A stretch of DNA of 32,000 nucleotides, taken from assembly GCF_000011325.1 (NCBI RefSeq), contig NC_003450.3, forward strand, positions 2,610,001 through 2,642,000, written 5' to 3'. Below, piece by piece: positions 8,073-18,926 of the stretch. Within the stretch, counting starts at the first letter, position 1. Every line of letters starts with the position of its first letter. The translations under genes were made by a program, and so were the position numbers. Source of the stretch: Corynebacterium glutamicum ATCC 13032 (GTDB lineage: Bacteria > Actinomycetota > Actinomycetes > Mycobacteriales > Mycobacteriaceae). The notes below the pieces were generated by a model. It saw only the letters and a list, made by a program, of their open reading frames with translations. It did not search any database and was not told the origin of the DNA.

Positions 8073-8873
8073 ATGGCGTTACCACTACCCAGCAAGAGCG
8101 CTCGAGCACTTGTTACTGGGGCAAGCCAAGGCATTGGCCTCGCCATCGCCAAAGATTTGGCGCGGTATGGGCACAACCTCATTTTGGTTGCTCGCCGCGA
8201 GGATGTCCTCAAAGAGATCGCCGCAGATCTAGAGAAGAAGCACGGCGTGATCGTTGAGGTCCGCCCGGTGGATTTGAGTGATGAGCCAGCCCGCAAGGTG
8301 TTGATCGATGAGATCAAGACAAGGGAAATCAACATCATCATTAACTCTGCTGGCATCGCAAGCTTTGGGCCGTTCAAGGACCAGGATTGGTCTTATGAGA
8401 CTGCCCAGTTCTCACTTAATGCCACAGCCGTTTTTGAGCTCACCCACGCGGTGTTGGGTGGCATGATTGACCGTGGCACGGGCGCTATTTGCAATGTGGG
8501 ATCTGCGGCTGGCAATGTGCCAATCCCCAACAACGCCACGTATGTGCTCACCAAGGCTGGCGTGAACGCGTTCACCGAGGCAATGCATTATGAGCTGCGC
8601 GGAACTGGTGTGGCGTGTACTTTGCTCGCACCGGGACCTGTCCGTGAGGCGGAGATCCCTGAGTCTGAGAAGTCGATCGTGGACAAGGTTGTCCCTGATT
8701 TCTTGTGGACCACCTATGAGTCCTGCTCCGCAGAGACCTTGCGTGCGCTGTCTAAGAATCAGCGTCGCGTTGTTCCAGGTCCGCTGTCCAAGGCCATGAA
8801 TTTTGTGTCCTCTGTTGCTCCAACCGCTGTGCTCTCCCCTGTTATGGGCTGGGTTTATAAGAAGATGGGTTAG
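8073..8873 (+). CDS. Short-chain dehydrogenase/reductase (SDR)
   Basis: It has the cofactor motif ALVTGASQGIGLAIA, NSAG, and the catalytic Y-x-x-x-K in ATYVLTKAG. RBS GAAGGAG lies upstream. Confidence 0.85.
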   Translation: MALPLPSKSARALVTGASQGIGLAIAKDLARYGHNLILVARREDVLKEIAADLEKKHGVIVEVRPVDLSDEPARKVLIDEIKTREINIIINSAGIASFGPFKDQDWSYETAQFSLNATAVFELTHAVLGGMIDRGTGAICNVGSAAGNVPIPNNATYVLTKAGVNAFTEAMHYELRGTGVACTLLAPGPVREAEIPESEKSIVDKVVPDFLWTTYESCSAETLRALSKNQRRVVPGPLSKAMNFVSSVAPTAVLSPVMGWVYKKMG

Positions 8874-8882
8874 TTTTTAAAA

Positions 8883-9542
8883 GTGTCTGAATCTGAAAAC
8901 AACACAACACCAGCAGTCGCAGCTCGCGATGACCGTCTGGTCTGGGTCGATCTGGAAATGACTGGTCTAGATTTGAAGCGCCACGTGATCGTGGAGGTTG
9001 CGGCGTTGGTCACTGACGCTAACCTCAACGTTTTGGGCGAGGGCGTGGACTTGGTTGTTCACGCAACTGAAGAAGAGCTCGCGCAGATGGATGATTTTGT
9101 CACCAACATGCACGAATCCTCTGGGCTGACTGAGCAGATCCGGGAATCCGCGGTCACGTTGAAGGAAGCCGAAGATGCTGTGCTCGCATTGATTGAAAAG
9201 CACTGCGATCCAGCCCATCCTGCACCGCTAGCTGGTAACTCCATTGCCACTGACCGCGCGTTTATCCGCGAACATATGCCACGTCTTGATGAGGCCCTGC
9301 ATTACCGCATGGTGGATGTGTCCTCGGTGAAGGAATTGGCGCGTCGCTGGTACCCACGCGTGTACTACAAGCAGCCGGAGAAGGGTTTGGCGCACCGCGC
9401 GTTGGCGGACATTGTGGAGTCGATTCGGGAGTTGGATTACTACCGTCGCTCATTTTTTGTTGCAGAGCCTGGTCCTACCTCTGAGCAGTGCGCAGATGAT
9501 GCGCAGGCAGCGGTGGACCGTTTTGCACCCTACTTTGATTAG
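8883..9542 (+). CDS. orn: Oligoribonuclease
   Basis: It carries DEDDh exonuclease motifs: [24 protein letters not shown] and [17 protein letters not shown]. Confidence 0.9.
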
Positions 9543-10783
9543 AGGGTTTTAAGCAGCCTGGTGAGTTCGGTGAGCATATGCACCCGCCACCAGGCCCAAT
9601 CGTGGCCGCCATGCACGCCGCGCACACGAACCTCGCGGATGTCGCCGGAGAGATCTTCGGCGAGCTGATGCGACAGGCGCAGCATTTCACCTTCGTATTT
9701 TCCAGCTTGCAGGTGGATTGAGCTCCACTGCTCTGCTGCAGAAAGCGCGTCGGCAACGTTGAAGCGCCACAGGCTTGGCGATTGCGCGATTGCGTGGCCG
9801 ACTTCGCCGTCGGAAAGCGCAAGAGCCCACAGGGACGCCAGGCCGCCGAAGCTTGCACCGGTGACAATGGTGTCTTCGCCGCGCGCGGAAACGTTGTAGG
9901 TTTCGCGGACGTGCGGGAGGAGGGCGTCGATAAGCACATCAACCTGCCCACCTGGCACGCCGACACTATCCCAGCGGCGTTCGGTGTTGACGGAATCGAT
10001 CATGAGCAGGCTGACCGGCGGCAGCAAGCCGATGGCGATGGCCGCATCGACCTGCGCAGGCAGATTCATGCTGTTGTTCCAGTGTTGGCCATCAAACAGC
10101 ACCAGCAGCGGCGCCTTGACCGGCGCCTCATAGAACCAGAAATGCTCGCCGGCGACGGTTTCTTCCACGACTTTTACGCTTGTCGACGCCGCAACCCAGC
10201 AGTCCGGCAACGCATCAGGGCCTTCAACGAGCGAGGAATCCATGATATGACCCATCGCGCGGGAATCCGGACGCCCACCCGACATCGCGGCTTTGCGGAT
10301 ATGCATCCGATCGCCCGCCTCACGCCATGGCGCAACCCCGTCGCCAGACCAGGCGTTGACGGTGTAGCTGGCTCGCCAATCGGAAGGCATACGCAAGCTG
10401 AGAATCCACAGATCAGAGCCCTCGAGGCGGGTCATTTCAGATTCTTCAATGCGCTCGTGATCAAAAACCCCATTGATCCATAGCAGCACTGCGGTAGCGC
10501 CGGGACACTCAACGATCCAGGTATACATGCAAACATCGGGGTTGCCTTCCGGATCATCGTCAATGATGGGATTCGGCTTAGCCAACGCGGACACAGCCAT
10601 GTCACCACAGCGGCGAGCGGAATGCTCCCCGCCTTCGCGCACCGCTTCACTCCAGGAAATTTCCATGGGGCTTTGGATGCGCATGTGACGTTTGGGGGTT
10701 TGCGGTGGCACGGTTGGCGACAACTCCACATGAGCGGACCCATTGCGGTCCACCCACGTTTTTGTCTGCCTCAACGGTGGCAT
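9539..10783 (-). CDS. Putative esterase (enterochelin-esterase-like / esterase D family); start uncertain
   Basis: The C-terminal alpha/beta-hydrolase part has [16 protein letters not shown] (G-x-S-x-G) and GGHDWAWW. The N-terminal part resembles the Fes-type beta-domain. Several possible starts exist (e.g. MRIQSPMEI about 33 codons in). It overlaps the orn stop by 4 nt, convergently. Confidence 0.7.
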
Positions 10784-10970
10784 CTAGTTTCCCCTTGGCC
10801 TGGTCATTACATGTATTTCGCTTTAAACGTGCGCAACCGGCAGGCATACTCCGCGCTTTCTTGCCACGAAGACGACCGCCGGTTTTAAAAACAGGTTGTT
10901 AGTCTAGTTCAGACGATTAATGCAGGCAATATTAATATCTACCCACTGATTTTACCTGCGACTTCCGCAG

Positions 10971-12182
10971 TTACCACGCCGAAGTTTGATCCGCGTTCCC
11001 CTTGCTCCATTCAGACCATGGAATGTTCCAGTCCCCCAGTCCGTCGTAGCCACTCAAAGTCTCACCGATGGTGTTTTTCACGGTCACAATGTCACCGCGC
11101 TTCACGGCCTCCTGGAACCACTGAGCATTTTCGGTGGATACATTGATGCAACCATGTGAGGTGTTGTAGCTACCTTGCGCACCTACAGACCACGGTGCTG
11201 CGTGCACGTAAATTCCAGAATAGGACATCTGGGTCGCGTACTTCACCGGAGTGCGGTAGCCACCCTCCTCATATCCCAGACCGAAGGTGGTGGAGTCCAT
11301 GATCATCGACTCATTGCGATCACCAATGATGTAGGTACCGTTTGGCGTTGCCCACTCAGAGGTGTCACGACCAAAGGATACCGGCATAGTGCGCAGCAAC
11401 TCACCGTTCTTGTACACACTCATGGTCTTGGTGGCATCATCTGCCACAGCCTCAACCTTGTCACCAATGGTGAAGTTGGTGGCGTTATCAGTTTCGCCCC
11501 AGACACCGCCGCCGAGATCCTTGCCGTAAATGTCAGCCTCGACCGTAACTTCAGTACCTGGCTCCCAGTACTCCGCTGGACGCCAGCGCAACTCACTGTT
11601 GTTCAACCAGTAAAAGCCACCCTCCACCTTTGGTGAAGTTGTCACAGTAATAGCATCCTGAGCCGCCTTGCGATCCTTCACAGGGGAACCAAAACGGAAA
11701 CCGATAGTCTGGCCAACACCAACGACAGAATCAGCCAGCGGAGAAAGCGCCACGTTTGTGGTAGCTGCAGGGGTTGCAGTACTAAAAGACGCAGTAGCGG
11801 TCTCGCCGTTCTTATCGGTTGCCTTAATGGTGTACGTGCGGTTGTAGCCAAGGGTTTCCGCAGTGGTCCAGCTACGGCCATCGTCAGAAAGCTCTGACTC
11901 AACCTCATAGCCTTCTTCATTAGTCATGGTGACCTTGCTCAGACCGTCACCCATCGACTTTACGATGACAGATTCCGAAGGGTCCACATCCTCATCACCA
12001 TCATCAACAGAAATCACAGGAGCTTGAGCTTCTTCAGCTTCAACTTCTGTACTTTGCTGCGAGGATTGCTCCTGCGCATCGCTTCGTTCAATTGTGCAAC
12101 CCGTAAGCGCCAGTGAACCAATTGCCAGCACTGCAAGAAAAGATCCTGCTACTGCTCCGCGCCTACCACGAAAAACCCGCAC
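10971..12182 (-). CDS. lppS: Lipoprotein L,D-transpeptidase (YkuD/ErfK domain with N-terminal Ig-like domains)
   Basis: The signal peptide with lipobox is [15 protein letters not shown]. The catalytic motif is SHGCINVS within the YkuD domain. Architecture is like mycobacterial LdtB/LppS. Confidence 0.85.
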
Positions 12183-12648
12183 CTGTTACGCCCTTCTGGC
12201 AAAATTGCCACAACTTAAAAAGCGCCAGTTCTGTAAGCCCCCTCCGTGCGGTGAAAACCAAGGCGGAGAACTGCTAGAAACCTAAGAAACTGACAAAAAC
12301 TAAAACAACACGCTACTAGCGAAAACGATGGAAACTAAACGAACATTCCCTGAGTAATCAAATCGTTAGAAGAACGACACCAATACACAACATTTCCTCA
12401 TGTAGCTATTTTGATCATCCCTTGTAGATGCCGGAGCGTTACGTCCAGAATGCCTTTTCAATGGTTTTGTGAGCAAATCGTTATCATTAGATTTGGCTAC
12501 TACAACTCCCTAATTGCGTTTTCTTCGAAGTATTTGCAGTGCCAGCCCCCAAAGAACTGCTTTGACGTGCAGATTTTACTTTGAATCCATTTACCTGTTA
12601 TATTTTTCTTCGTTGCAAACGAGGAACGCACCTCCACTAAGCAACAAT

Positions 12649-12721
12649 GCGTCATTAGCTCAATTGGTAGAGCATCTGACTCTTAATCAGAGGGTTCGGG
12701 GTTCGATTCCCTGATGACGCA
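12649..12721 (+). tRNA. tRNA-Lys (anticodon CTT), CCA encoded at 12722-12724
   Basis: Manual fold: GCGTCAT TA GCTC AATTGGTA GAGC A TCTGA CTCTTAA TCAGA GGGTT CGGGG TTCGATT CCCTG ATGACGC A, followed by CCA. Confidence 0.9.
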
Positions 12722-12811
12722 CCAAGCAAGCATCCCATCAAATAAGCATTTGAGATCACGGTTTGCTTCTTGACCGCCTATGAGAGTATCTTAATTAGGC
12801 AGAACAACAAT

Positions 12812-12884
12812 GCGTCATTAGCTCAATTGGCAGAGCATCTGACTCTTAATCAGAGGGTTCGGGGTTCGATTCCCTGATGACGCA
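12812..12884 (+). tRNA. tRNA-Lys (anticodon CTT), second tandem copy, no encoded CCA
   Basis: Identical to the first copy except one D-loop base (GGCA vs GGTA). The 3' flank is CAGTT rather than CCA. Confidence 0.9.
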
Positions 12885-12895
12885 CAGTTAAAAAG

Positions 12896-12938
12896 AACAA
12901 GTTACATTTTCTCAAGAGAATGTAACTTGTTATTTTTT
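12896..12938 (+). terminator. Rho-independent terminator of the tRNA-Lys pair
   Basis: AACAAGTTACATT (12896-12908) and AATGTAACTTGTT (12919-12931) form a perfect 13-bp stem, followed by ATTTTTT. Confidence 0.8.
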
Positions 12939-12961
12939 GTATTTCAATAAAGTAGTGGATC

Positions 12962-13609
12962 ATGAACAGCCACTGGTCCGGAATAACAGACCCAGAAAAA
13001 CTACACTCAGGTTTCGTTGACCTGGTCGATCAGCTTGCAGACCAGTCAAGAGATGGAAATTGGGATGCAATACTTCAACTTTTGGGCACACACGCCAACC
13101 TCTCCCCCAATCAATGGCGGATTGGAGGCACATCCTGGTTTACGCCACTGCACCAAACTGCATGGTTGGGTGCACCAGTAGAAGTTGTTGATGAGCTAAT
13201 CAATCAGGGCGCCTGGTGCTCACTCCGAAATGCCGACGGTGACCGTGCAATTGATATCGCACGAAGCCGTGGCCATTCCCACCTGCTCGATGCACTTCAC
13301 GTGCGTGACCTCAATGAACCAGAACGCGAAAAATTCCAAGCTTGGGATCAACATCTCGCCGATCTCATAGTGCAGAGAACCAAGAGTCTCGGCCCAGTTA
13401 ACTTCCGTCCAGTGCCCACCGAAGTGATTACCTTGGAAGAGCTGGAAAGCCTCTGGTTTGGGTATCCCGGCATGTATGGCGGGTTCCTCATATCCATCCA
13501 CAGAGACCGACTATTTATTGAAAGCTGGTCTCGTGTGGTTGGAGGATCCGGGCAAGCACACGTCATCACCAAAGGTGGATGTGTGCTTGTGGAAGAAGGC
13601 TTTGTTTAA
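12962..13609 (+). CDS. Ankyrin-repeat protein with uncharacterised C-terminal half
   Basis: TPLHQTAWLGAPVEVVDELINQGAWCSLRNADGDRAIDIARSRGHSHLLDAL fits the ankyrin consensus (TPLH...G....V..L...GA.......G..A.D.A...GH..L...L). The C-terminal roughly 100 aa (…WFGYPGMYGGFLISIHRDRLFIESWSRVVGGSG…) is not recognisable to me. Confidence 0.7.
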   Translation: MNSHWSGITDPEKLHSGFVDLVDQLADQSRDGNWDAILQLLGTHANLSPNQWRIGGTSWFTPLHQTAWLGAPVEVVDELINQGAWCSLRNADGDRAIDIARSRGHSHLLDALHVRDLNEPEREKFQAWDQHLADLIVQRTKSLGPVNFRPVPTEVITLEELESLWFGYPGMYGGFLISIHRDRLFIESWSRVVGGSGQAHVITKGGCVLVEEGFV

Positions 13610-14027
13610 GACCCAGGTCTAAGTTCTGTCGGATTCACCAGTTTCTAACTGCTGTTGTTCCGTCACGATTTCTTCCTCTTGCTCTGCCAATGCTGGTTCT
13701 GCGACGGGTGGCTGCGGAGGAGTCAAAAATGATGGATTATCCAGGTTGAAAGTCAACGTCAGGAAGGTCATGTGGGTTTCATAGCGGTCAACGTGCAGTA
13801 GTTTTGTTGAAACGGCAACAATTTAGTTACATCTATATTTTTCTCACGATATGGCACTATTGGGGGCACTATGAAACCCTTGATCCGCACGAAAATTACA
13901 TGCGTTTGAGACTTTTCCAAGAAGACGTCATCACAGAGTGCAGTATTTATGAATTCCTGTGGTTCTTTGGCATCAAAGACGCGCTGACTCTTCGGGAACA
14001 GTTCAGGGTGTGGAGCACAACTGGAGC

Positions 14028-14035
14028 TCTTAAGT
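14028..14035. repeat. Target-site duplication TCTTAAGT (left copy)
   Basis: The same 8-mer directly abuts both IS termini (14028-14035 and 15489-15496). Confidence 0.85.
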
Positions 14036-15488
14036 GGCTCTTCCTGTTTTAGAGTGCATTGATCTTATGGACCAACTGCCCTGAATGGATAAGGCACCGC
14101 AGAATGTAGTGGTTCAAATTACGGAAACCTAGAGCAATCCCACGCAAATGCTCCAACCGTCCGTTGATCGCTTCGACCGGACCGTTGGAGACACCAACAT
14201 CGAAATACGCCAACACATCACCAAGTCGTTTAAACAAACTACGACCCAACTGCGCGAGTTCCTTATTCGGCCCCTTCAACACCCGAAGCTGATCAATAAT
14301 GGTCCGCATTTTCTTCTTCGCTTCACGCTTATTACCCATCTGATAACAATCAATAATCGCCTGATACGCAAGCCACGCAAGCTTTAACGCCCCGTAGTCT
14401 TTGTCATACGCCCACAACTGCTCCAAGCTTTCTTGCTGACGAGGACTCAACCACTTGTGCGTGGTCAACAAGGTCTTCCGGTTTTTATACAACGGATCCT
14501 GGCTTAAACCACGACGCTGGTATTTCTCCCGCTGGAGGCGTTGCCGGCAGGCGGTGAGCTTGTCACCAGCAAGCCGCACAACATGGAATGGATCCATCAC
14601 GCGACGAGCAGAAGGAATGAGTTCTTTACTTGCTGTGGCGTAGCCTTGGAATCCATCCATGGACACGATCCGTATCTGATTGCGGAACTGTTCACCGCGG
14701 GAGCCAAGCCAGGACCGTAAAGCATCAGCACTACGACCTGGGACGACATCTAATAACCGGGCAGGACACCGTGAGTCATACCGATGCCCGGTCATATCGA
14801 CAATCACGGTGACAAACCCATCACCATGCTTAGCCCTATTATGTGACCACTTATGCTCATCCACCCCAATGACATACACTCCATCAAGATGGTGAGGATC
14901 GTTATAGACCAGCTCACGGCACATATCGAGGGCTAGTTGGCAGGTTAAATCCCACCCTAGCCCAAGTGCTTTCGCGGTTGCGTGAACACTCATCCGGTCA
15001 ATAGCAAGGCGTTGTAAAATCCAGCGGGTGACCCGGTGGGTGACCTTTTTACCGTGGTCAGCGCAGCTTAGTTCTGCTTGGAAATACTTTTGCTTACATG
15101 TGGGGTTGGTGCAGCGGTAGCGAGGTAGACGGATAAACAGTTTGGTGGGAAACCCGACGATGGGTAAATCAATGAGCATCCGGTGGGTGTGATGACGAAA
15201 CACCCCAGGTTGGGAGCATTCTGGGCAGGTGGAGGTGTAGTCGAGTGCGTCTGCTTCGATCAGGGTGTAATCACCTGCATCGGAAGCGCCGGTGATGGTG
15301 AGTCCTAGTTCCGCAGTGCGGCAGATGGTGTCAGCGATGATGTTGCCGGTAGACTTCATGGGTAGAGCCTTTTGTTGGTGTTTGGTTAGCTTAGATACCT
15401 AAACCTTAACCCTGACAAAAGGCTCGTTTATTTTCGGGTCTACACCGCTAGCCCAGGTTCTGTGATGTACCCCAAAACCGGAAGGGCC
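14036..15488 (-). mobile_element. ISL3-family insertion sequence (ISCg1-like), about 1.45 kb, complete
   Basis: The terminal inverted repeats are GGCTCTTCCTGTTTTAGAGTGCAT (left) and GGCCCTTCCGGTTTTGGGGTACAT (right, reverse complement), matching at 19 of 24 positions. There is a single 436-aa transposase ORF and an 8-bp TSD. Confidence 0.9.
14049..15359 (-). CDS. tnp: ISL3-family transposase
   Basis: 436 aa with an N-terminal zinc-finger-like CPEC...C..C region and a DDE domain (VIGVDEHKW..., VSMDGFQGY...). The stop lies inside the left IR. Confidence 0.9.
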   Translation of the reverse strand: MKSTGNIIADTICRTAELGLTITGASDAGDYTLIEADALDYTSTCPECSQPGVFRHHTHRMLIDLPIVGFPTKLFIRLPRYRCTNPTCKQKYFQAELSCADHGKKVTHRVTRWILQRLAIDRMSVHATAKALGLGWDLTCQLALDMCRELVYNDPHHLDGVYVIGVDEHKWSHNRAKHGDGFVTVIVDMTGHRYDSRCPARLLDVVPGRSADALRSWLGSRGEQFRNQIRIVSMDGFQGYATASKELIPSARRVMDPFHVVRLAGDKLTACRQRLQREKYQRRGLSQDPLYKNRKTLLTTHKWLSPRQQESLEQLWAYDKDYGALKLAWLAYQAIIDCYQMGNKREAKKKMRTIIDQLRVLKGPNKELAQLGRSLFKRLGDVLAYFDVGVSNGPVEAINGRLEHLRGIALGFRNLNHYILRCLIHSGQLVHKINAL

Positions 15489-15496
15489 TCTTAAGT
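15489..15496. repeat. Target-site duplication TCTTAAGT (right copy)
   Basis: See the left copy. Confidence 0.85.
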
Positions 15497-15576
15497 GGCT
15501 CAAGGAAGACAAGCATCCAACAAGAACGAACCCTGCATCCCATTCCTAAAATAGTGGATGGTGTCTATATTTTTAG

Positions 15577-16448
<872 letters not shown>

Positions 16449-16490
16449 GGATAATTCTCCTTAGAATTGTTCAGCCCATAAAGCTACCGG

Positions 16491-17732
16491 TCACACTCGT
16501 TCTTTGCAGATGGTGCCGTCGGAAAACATGAAATCGGGCAGTACGTCATCTGGGTCGAGGATGAACACCTCAAAGCCTGCGTCGCGGATGCGTTTGAGGC
16601 CTTCTTTGATCATGCGGATGGCTACGGGGTGGAAGCTAAGTACTCGGGTGAGATCAAGAACAACTTCGGTGCCTTCAAAGTTGTGTTCCACGATGGCGTG
16701 GAGGAAGCTTTCGCTGGCGGAGAAGTTCATGGCGCCCTGCATTTGGATGAAGGTGGTGTCGCCGTCCCGCGTGATGGATCGTACTGCGTGGCCGGATACC
16801 TGCTCGGTGGACATGAGGTGGAGGCCCATGTCGTCGGAAAGCTGTTTGAATATTTTTACGCCGCGCACGCTGTTGCCTTTGGGGTTCAGGCGTGGGGAAA
16901 ATGTGGCGATGCCCAGCTGACCTGGCAGAATGCCGATGAGTCCGCCGGCGACTCCTGATTTCGCGGGGATGCCTACGGTGGAGAGCCACTGCCCTGCCTC
17001 GTCGTACATGCCTGCTGAAGCCATGACGGAGAGGGTGAGGCGGCAGACGCGGGCGTCGAGAAGCTTCTTGCCGGTAATTGGGTGTGTGCCGCCGGCGGCG
17101 AGCGTGGCGGTCATGACTGCGAGGTCGCGCGTGGTTACTTTGATGGCGCATTGCAGCGTGTAGCTGAGGACGGCGTCGTGGGCTTCGTCTTCGATGACGC
17201 CGTAATTGCGCAGCATGTGGGCGATGGAGAGGTTGCGGTCGGCGCCGGCGAGTTCGGATTCGGCAAGCACGCGGTCGATGGTGAGTTCGCGTCCAGCAAG
17301 TTCAGAGAAGTAGTGTCGGATTTTTTCCACGCGGTCTTCCACGGTGGAATCGGAGCCGTTGATCAGCTGGTTGATGGCGATCGCGCCGGCGTTGATCATG
17401 GGGTTCATGGGGCGGTTTTCGCCGTCGAGGGAAAGTTCGTTGAAGGCCTCACCGGAGGGCTCCAAGGCCACGGATGCAGAGACCTCATCAAAGCCGCATT
17501 CTTGGAGTGCGAGTGCGTAGGCAAATGGCTTGGAAATACTTTGCATGGTGAATTCGATGTCGTCATCGCCTGCGCTGTAGATGTGTCCGTTAACGGTGCA
17601 CAGGGCTACTGCCAGCGGGTTTGGGTCCGCAGATTTTAGTTCCGGGATGTAATCGGCCAACTCGCCGGAGGTGGTGTCGCGGACATCATCTAAAATTTCG
17701 TGCAGGTACTCGGGTATCGGCATCGTCAACAT
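16491..17732 (-). CDS. glsK: Glutaminase with C-terminal STAS domain
   Basis: From ATG 17732 the protein reads MLTMPIPEYLHEILDD...FTMQSISKPFAYALAL (serine-dependent glutaminase S-x-x-K)...NPMINAGAI...GVAGGL. The last roughly 110 aa (TFIQMQGAMNFSASESFLHAI...VVLDLTRVLSFHPVAIRMIKEGLKRIRDAGFEVFILDPDD) are STAS-like. The track ORF start at 18122 is an implausible 130-codon extension that overlaps the divergent LacI gene. Confidence 0.9.
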   Translation of the reverse strand: MLTMPIPEYLHEILDDVRDTTSGELADYIPELKSADPNPLAVALCTVNGHIYSAGDDDIEFTMQSISKPFAYALALQECGFDEVSASVALEPSGEAFNELSLDGENRPMNPMINAGAIAINQLINGSDSTVEDRVEKIRHYFSELAGRELTIDRVLAESELAGADRNLSIAHMLRNYGVIEDEAHDAVLSYTLQCAIKVTTRDLAVMTATLAAGGTHPITGKKLLDARVCRLTLSVMASAGMYDEAGQWLSTVGIPAKSGVAGGLIGILPGQLGIATFSPRLNPKGNSVRGVKIFKQLSDDMGLHLMSTEQVSGHAVRSITRDGDTTFIQMQGAMNFSASESFLHAIVEHNFEGTEVVLDLTRVLSFHPVAIRMIKEGLKRIRDAGFEVFILDPDDVLPDFMFSDGTICKERV

Positions 17733-17776
17733 AGAATCAAGACTAGTGATTTCTTTTGCGCTATATACTCTTGTGC

Positions 17777-18856
17777 ATGACAGATTCTGGGGCTCACAGC
17801 GACTCAAAAGCCACCATTTATGATGTCGCAAAAGTCGCTGGCGTCTCCCCTTCCACTGTGTCGCGGGCGTTTTCGCAGCCTGGGCGAGTGAGTTTTTCCA
17901 CTGCGGAGAAAATCCGCAACGCGTGTGGAAACTCAGGCTTTTCAGCGCCAAAACACCGGCCTCATCGCTATGGTTGCCGCCGATGCGTCGAATCCCTTCT
18001 TCTTGGAAATTTTCCGGGGCGCGCAGCACGCCGCAAGCACTCAGGGCTATACGGTTGCGCTTGTCGACGCCCGGGAGTCGGCGATTAAGTCCAGGGAGGT
18101 GCTGGACAAGATCGTCCCCCACGCCGATGGCTTATTGCTCGCTGCTTCAAGGATGGATTCTGGTGAGATCCACAAAGTCGCGCGGGAAATTCCCACTGTA
18201 TTAATGAGCCGTGAAGTGCAAGGTATTCCCAGCGTGATGGTGGATAACTACGACGGTGCGCCGAAGGCTGTGGTGCATTTGGTGGATCAGGGGTGCCGCT
18301 CCATTACCTATATCGCCGGTCCTAATAAATCCTGGGCTGATGCCACGCGCTGGCACAGGCTCGCTGGCGGCTGCCGTTGAGGGTGGCGTCGACAAGCGCT
18401 ATTTCAATTTCTCGAAGCGTGACGGTGCAGCCGGGCCGAATGAGGCATTTGATCAAGCCAAAGATGAAGACGATTTCGGTGGATTCGCCGGATTTTGTGG
18501 GCGGGCGGCGTGCGTTTGAGGCGTGGTCGAAGGATCGGACCGATGCGGTGATTTGTTTCAACGACATGGTGGCGCTTGGTTTCATACAACAGGCGAGGCT
18601 TTCTGGGGTACGTGTGCCGCATGATGTTGCAGTTGTCGGTTTTGATAATACGGAGAATTCGGTGCTCAGTACCCCGTCTCTGACCACGGTTGCGGGGCCG
18701 CTTCGGGCAGTGGGTCGAGTGGCGACAGCGAACCTGATTGCCCTGTTAAAAGGCATGAAAGCACCTCTGATGGCGAAGCCCCGCGAACTGCCCACGCGTC
18801 TCATTGTTCGGGAATCTTCACTGAAAACAGCGGTGGATTTGAAACGCAGCTCGTAG
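17777..18856 (+). pseudogene. LacI-family transcriptional regulator, broken into at least three reading frames
   Basis: The HTH (ATIYDVAKVAGVSPSTVSRAFSQPGRVSFSTAEKIRNA) is in the frame of ORF 17756. The sugar-binding core (IAMVAADASNPFF...ITYIAGP...) is in the frame of ORF 17925. The distal core (AVICFNDMVALG...VPHDVAVVGFDN...LTTVAGP) is in the frame of ORF 18377. Shifts occur near 17945-17960 and within about 18350-18500. Confidence 0.75.
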
Positions 18857-18926
18857 TAAAAGCGCCCTGGTTGCAACAATTGGCAACAAGTAGATATCGC
18901 TGAGTGTGACGGGCGATCATGAAGTC

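Noticed and set aside
7910-8377. 155-aa minus-strand ORF
   Set aside because: It is antisense to the hyi 3' end and the SDR 5' end, with a low-complexity Ser/Arg/Leu-rich product.
12183-12648. About 460-bp AT-rich intergenic region examined for a small RNA, riboswitch or CRISPR-like repeats
   Set aside because: I saw no repeated units, strong hairpins or conserved-looking motifs. It most simply holds the divergent lppS and tRNA-Lys promoters. A TTTACT-18 nt-TATATT candidate at 12575-12604 is too weak to call.
17082-17639. 185-aa plus-strand ORF and neighbours (16504..16958, 16675..17151)
   Set aside because: They lie in alternative or antisense frames inside the well-supported glutaminase gene. 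Their Gly/Val/Arg-rich composition is typical of GC-rich off-frames.
17733-18122. 130-codon N-terminal extension of the glutaminase ORF (track start 18122)
   Set aside because: The extension overlaps the divergent LacI-type gene and has no glutaminase similarity. Homology begins at MLTMPIPEY (ATG 17732).
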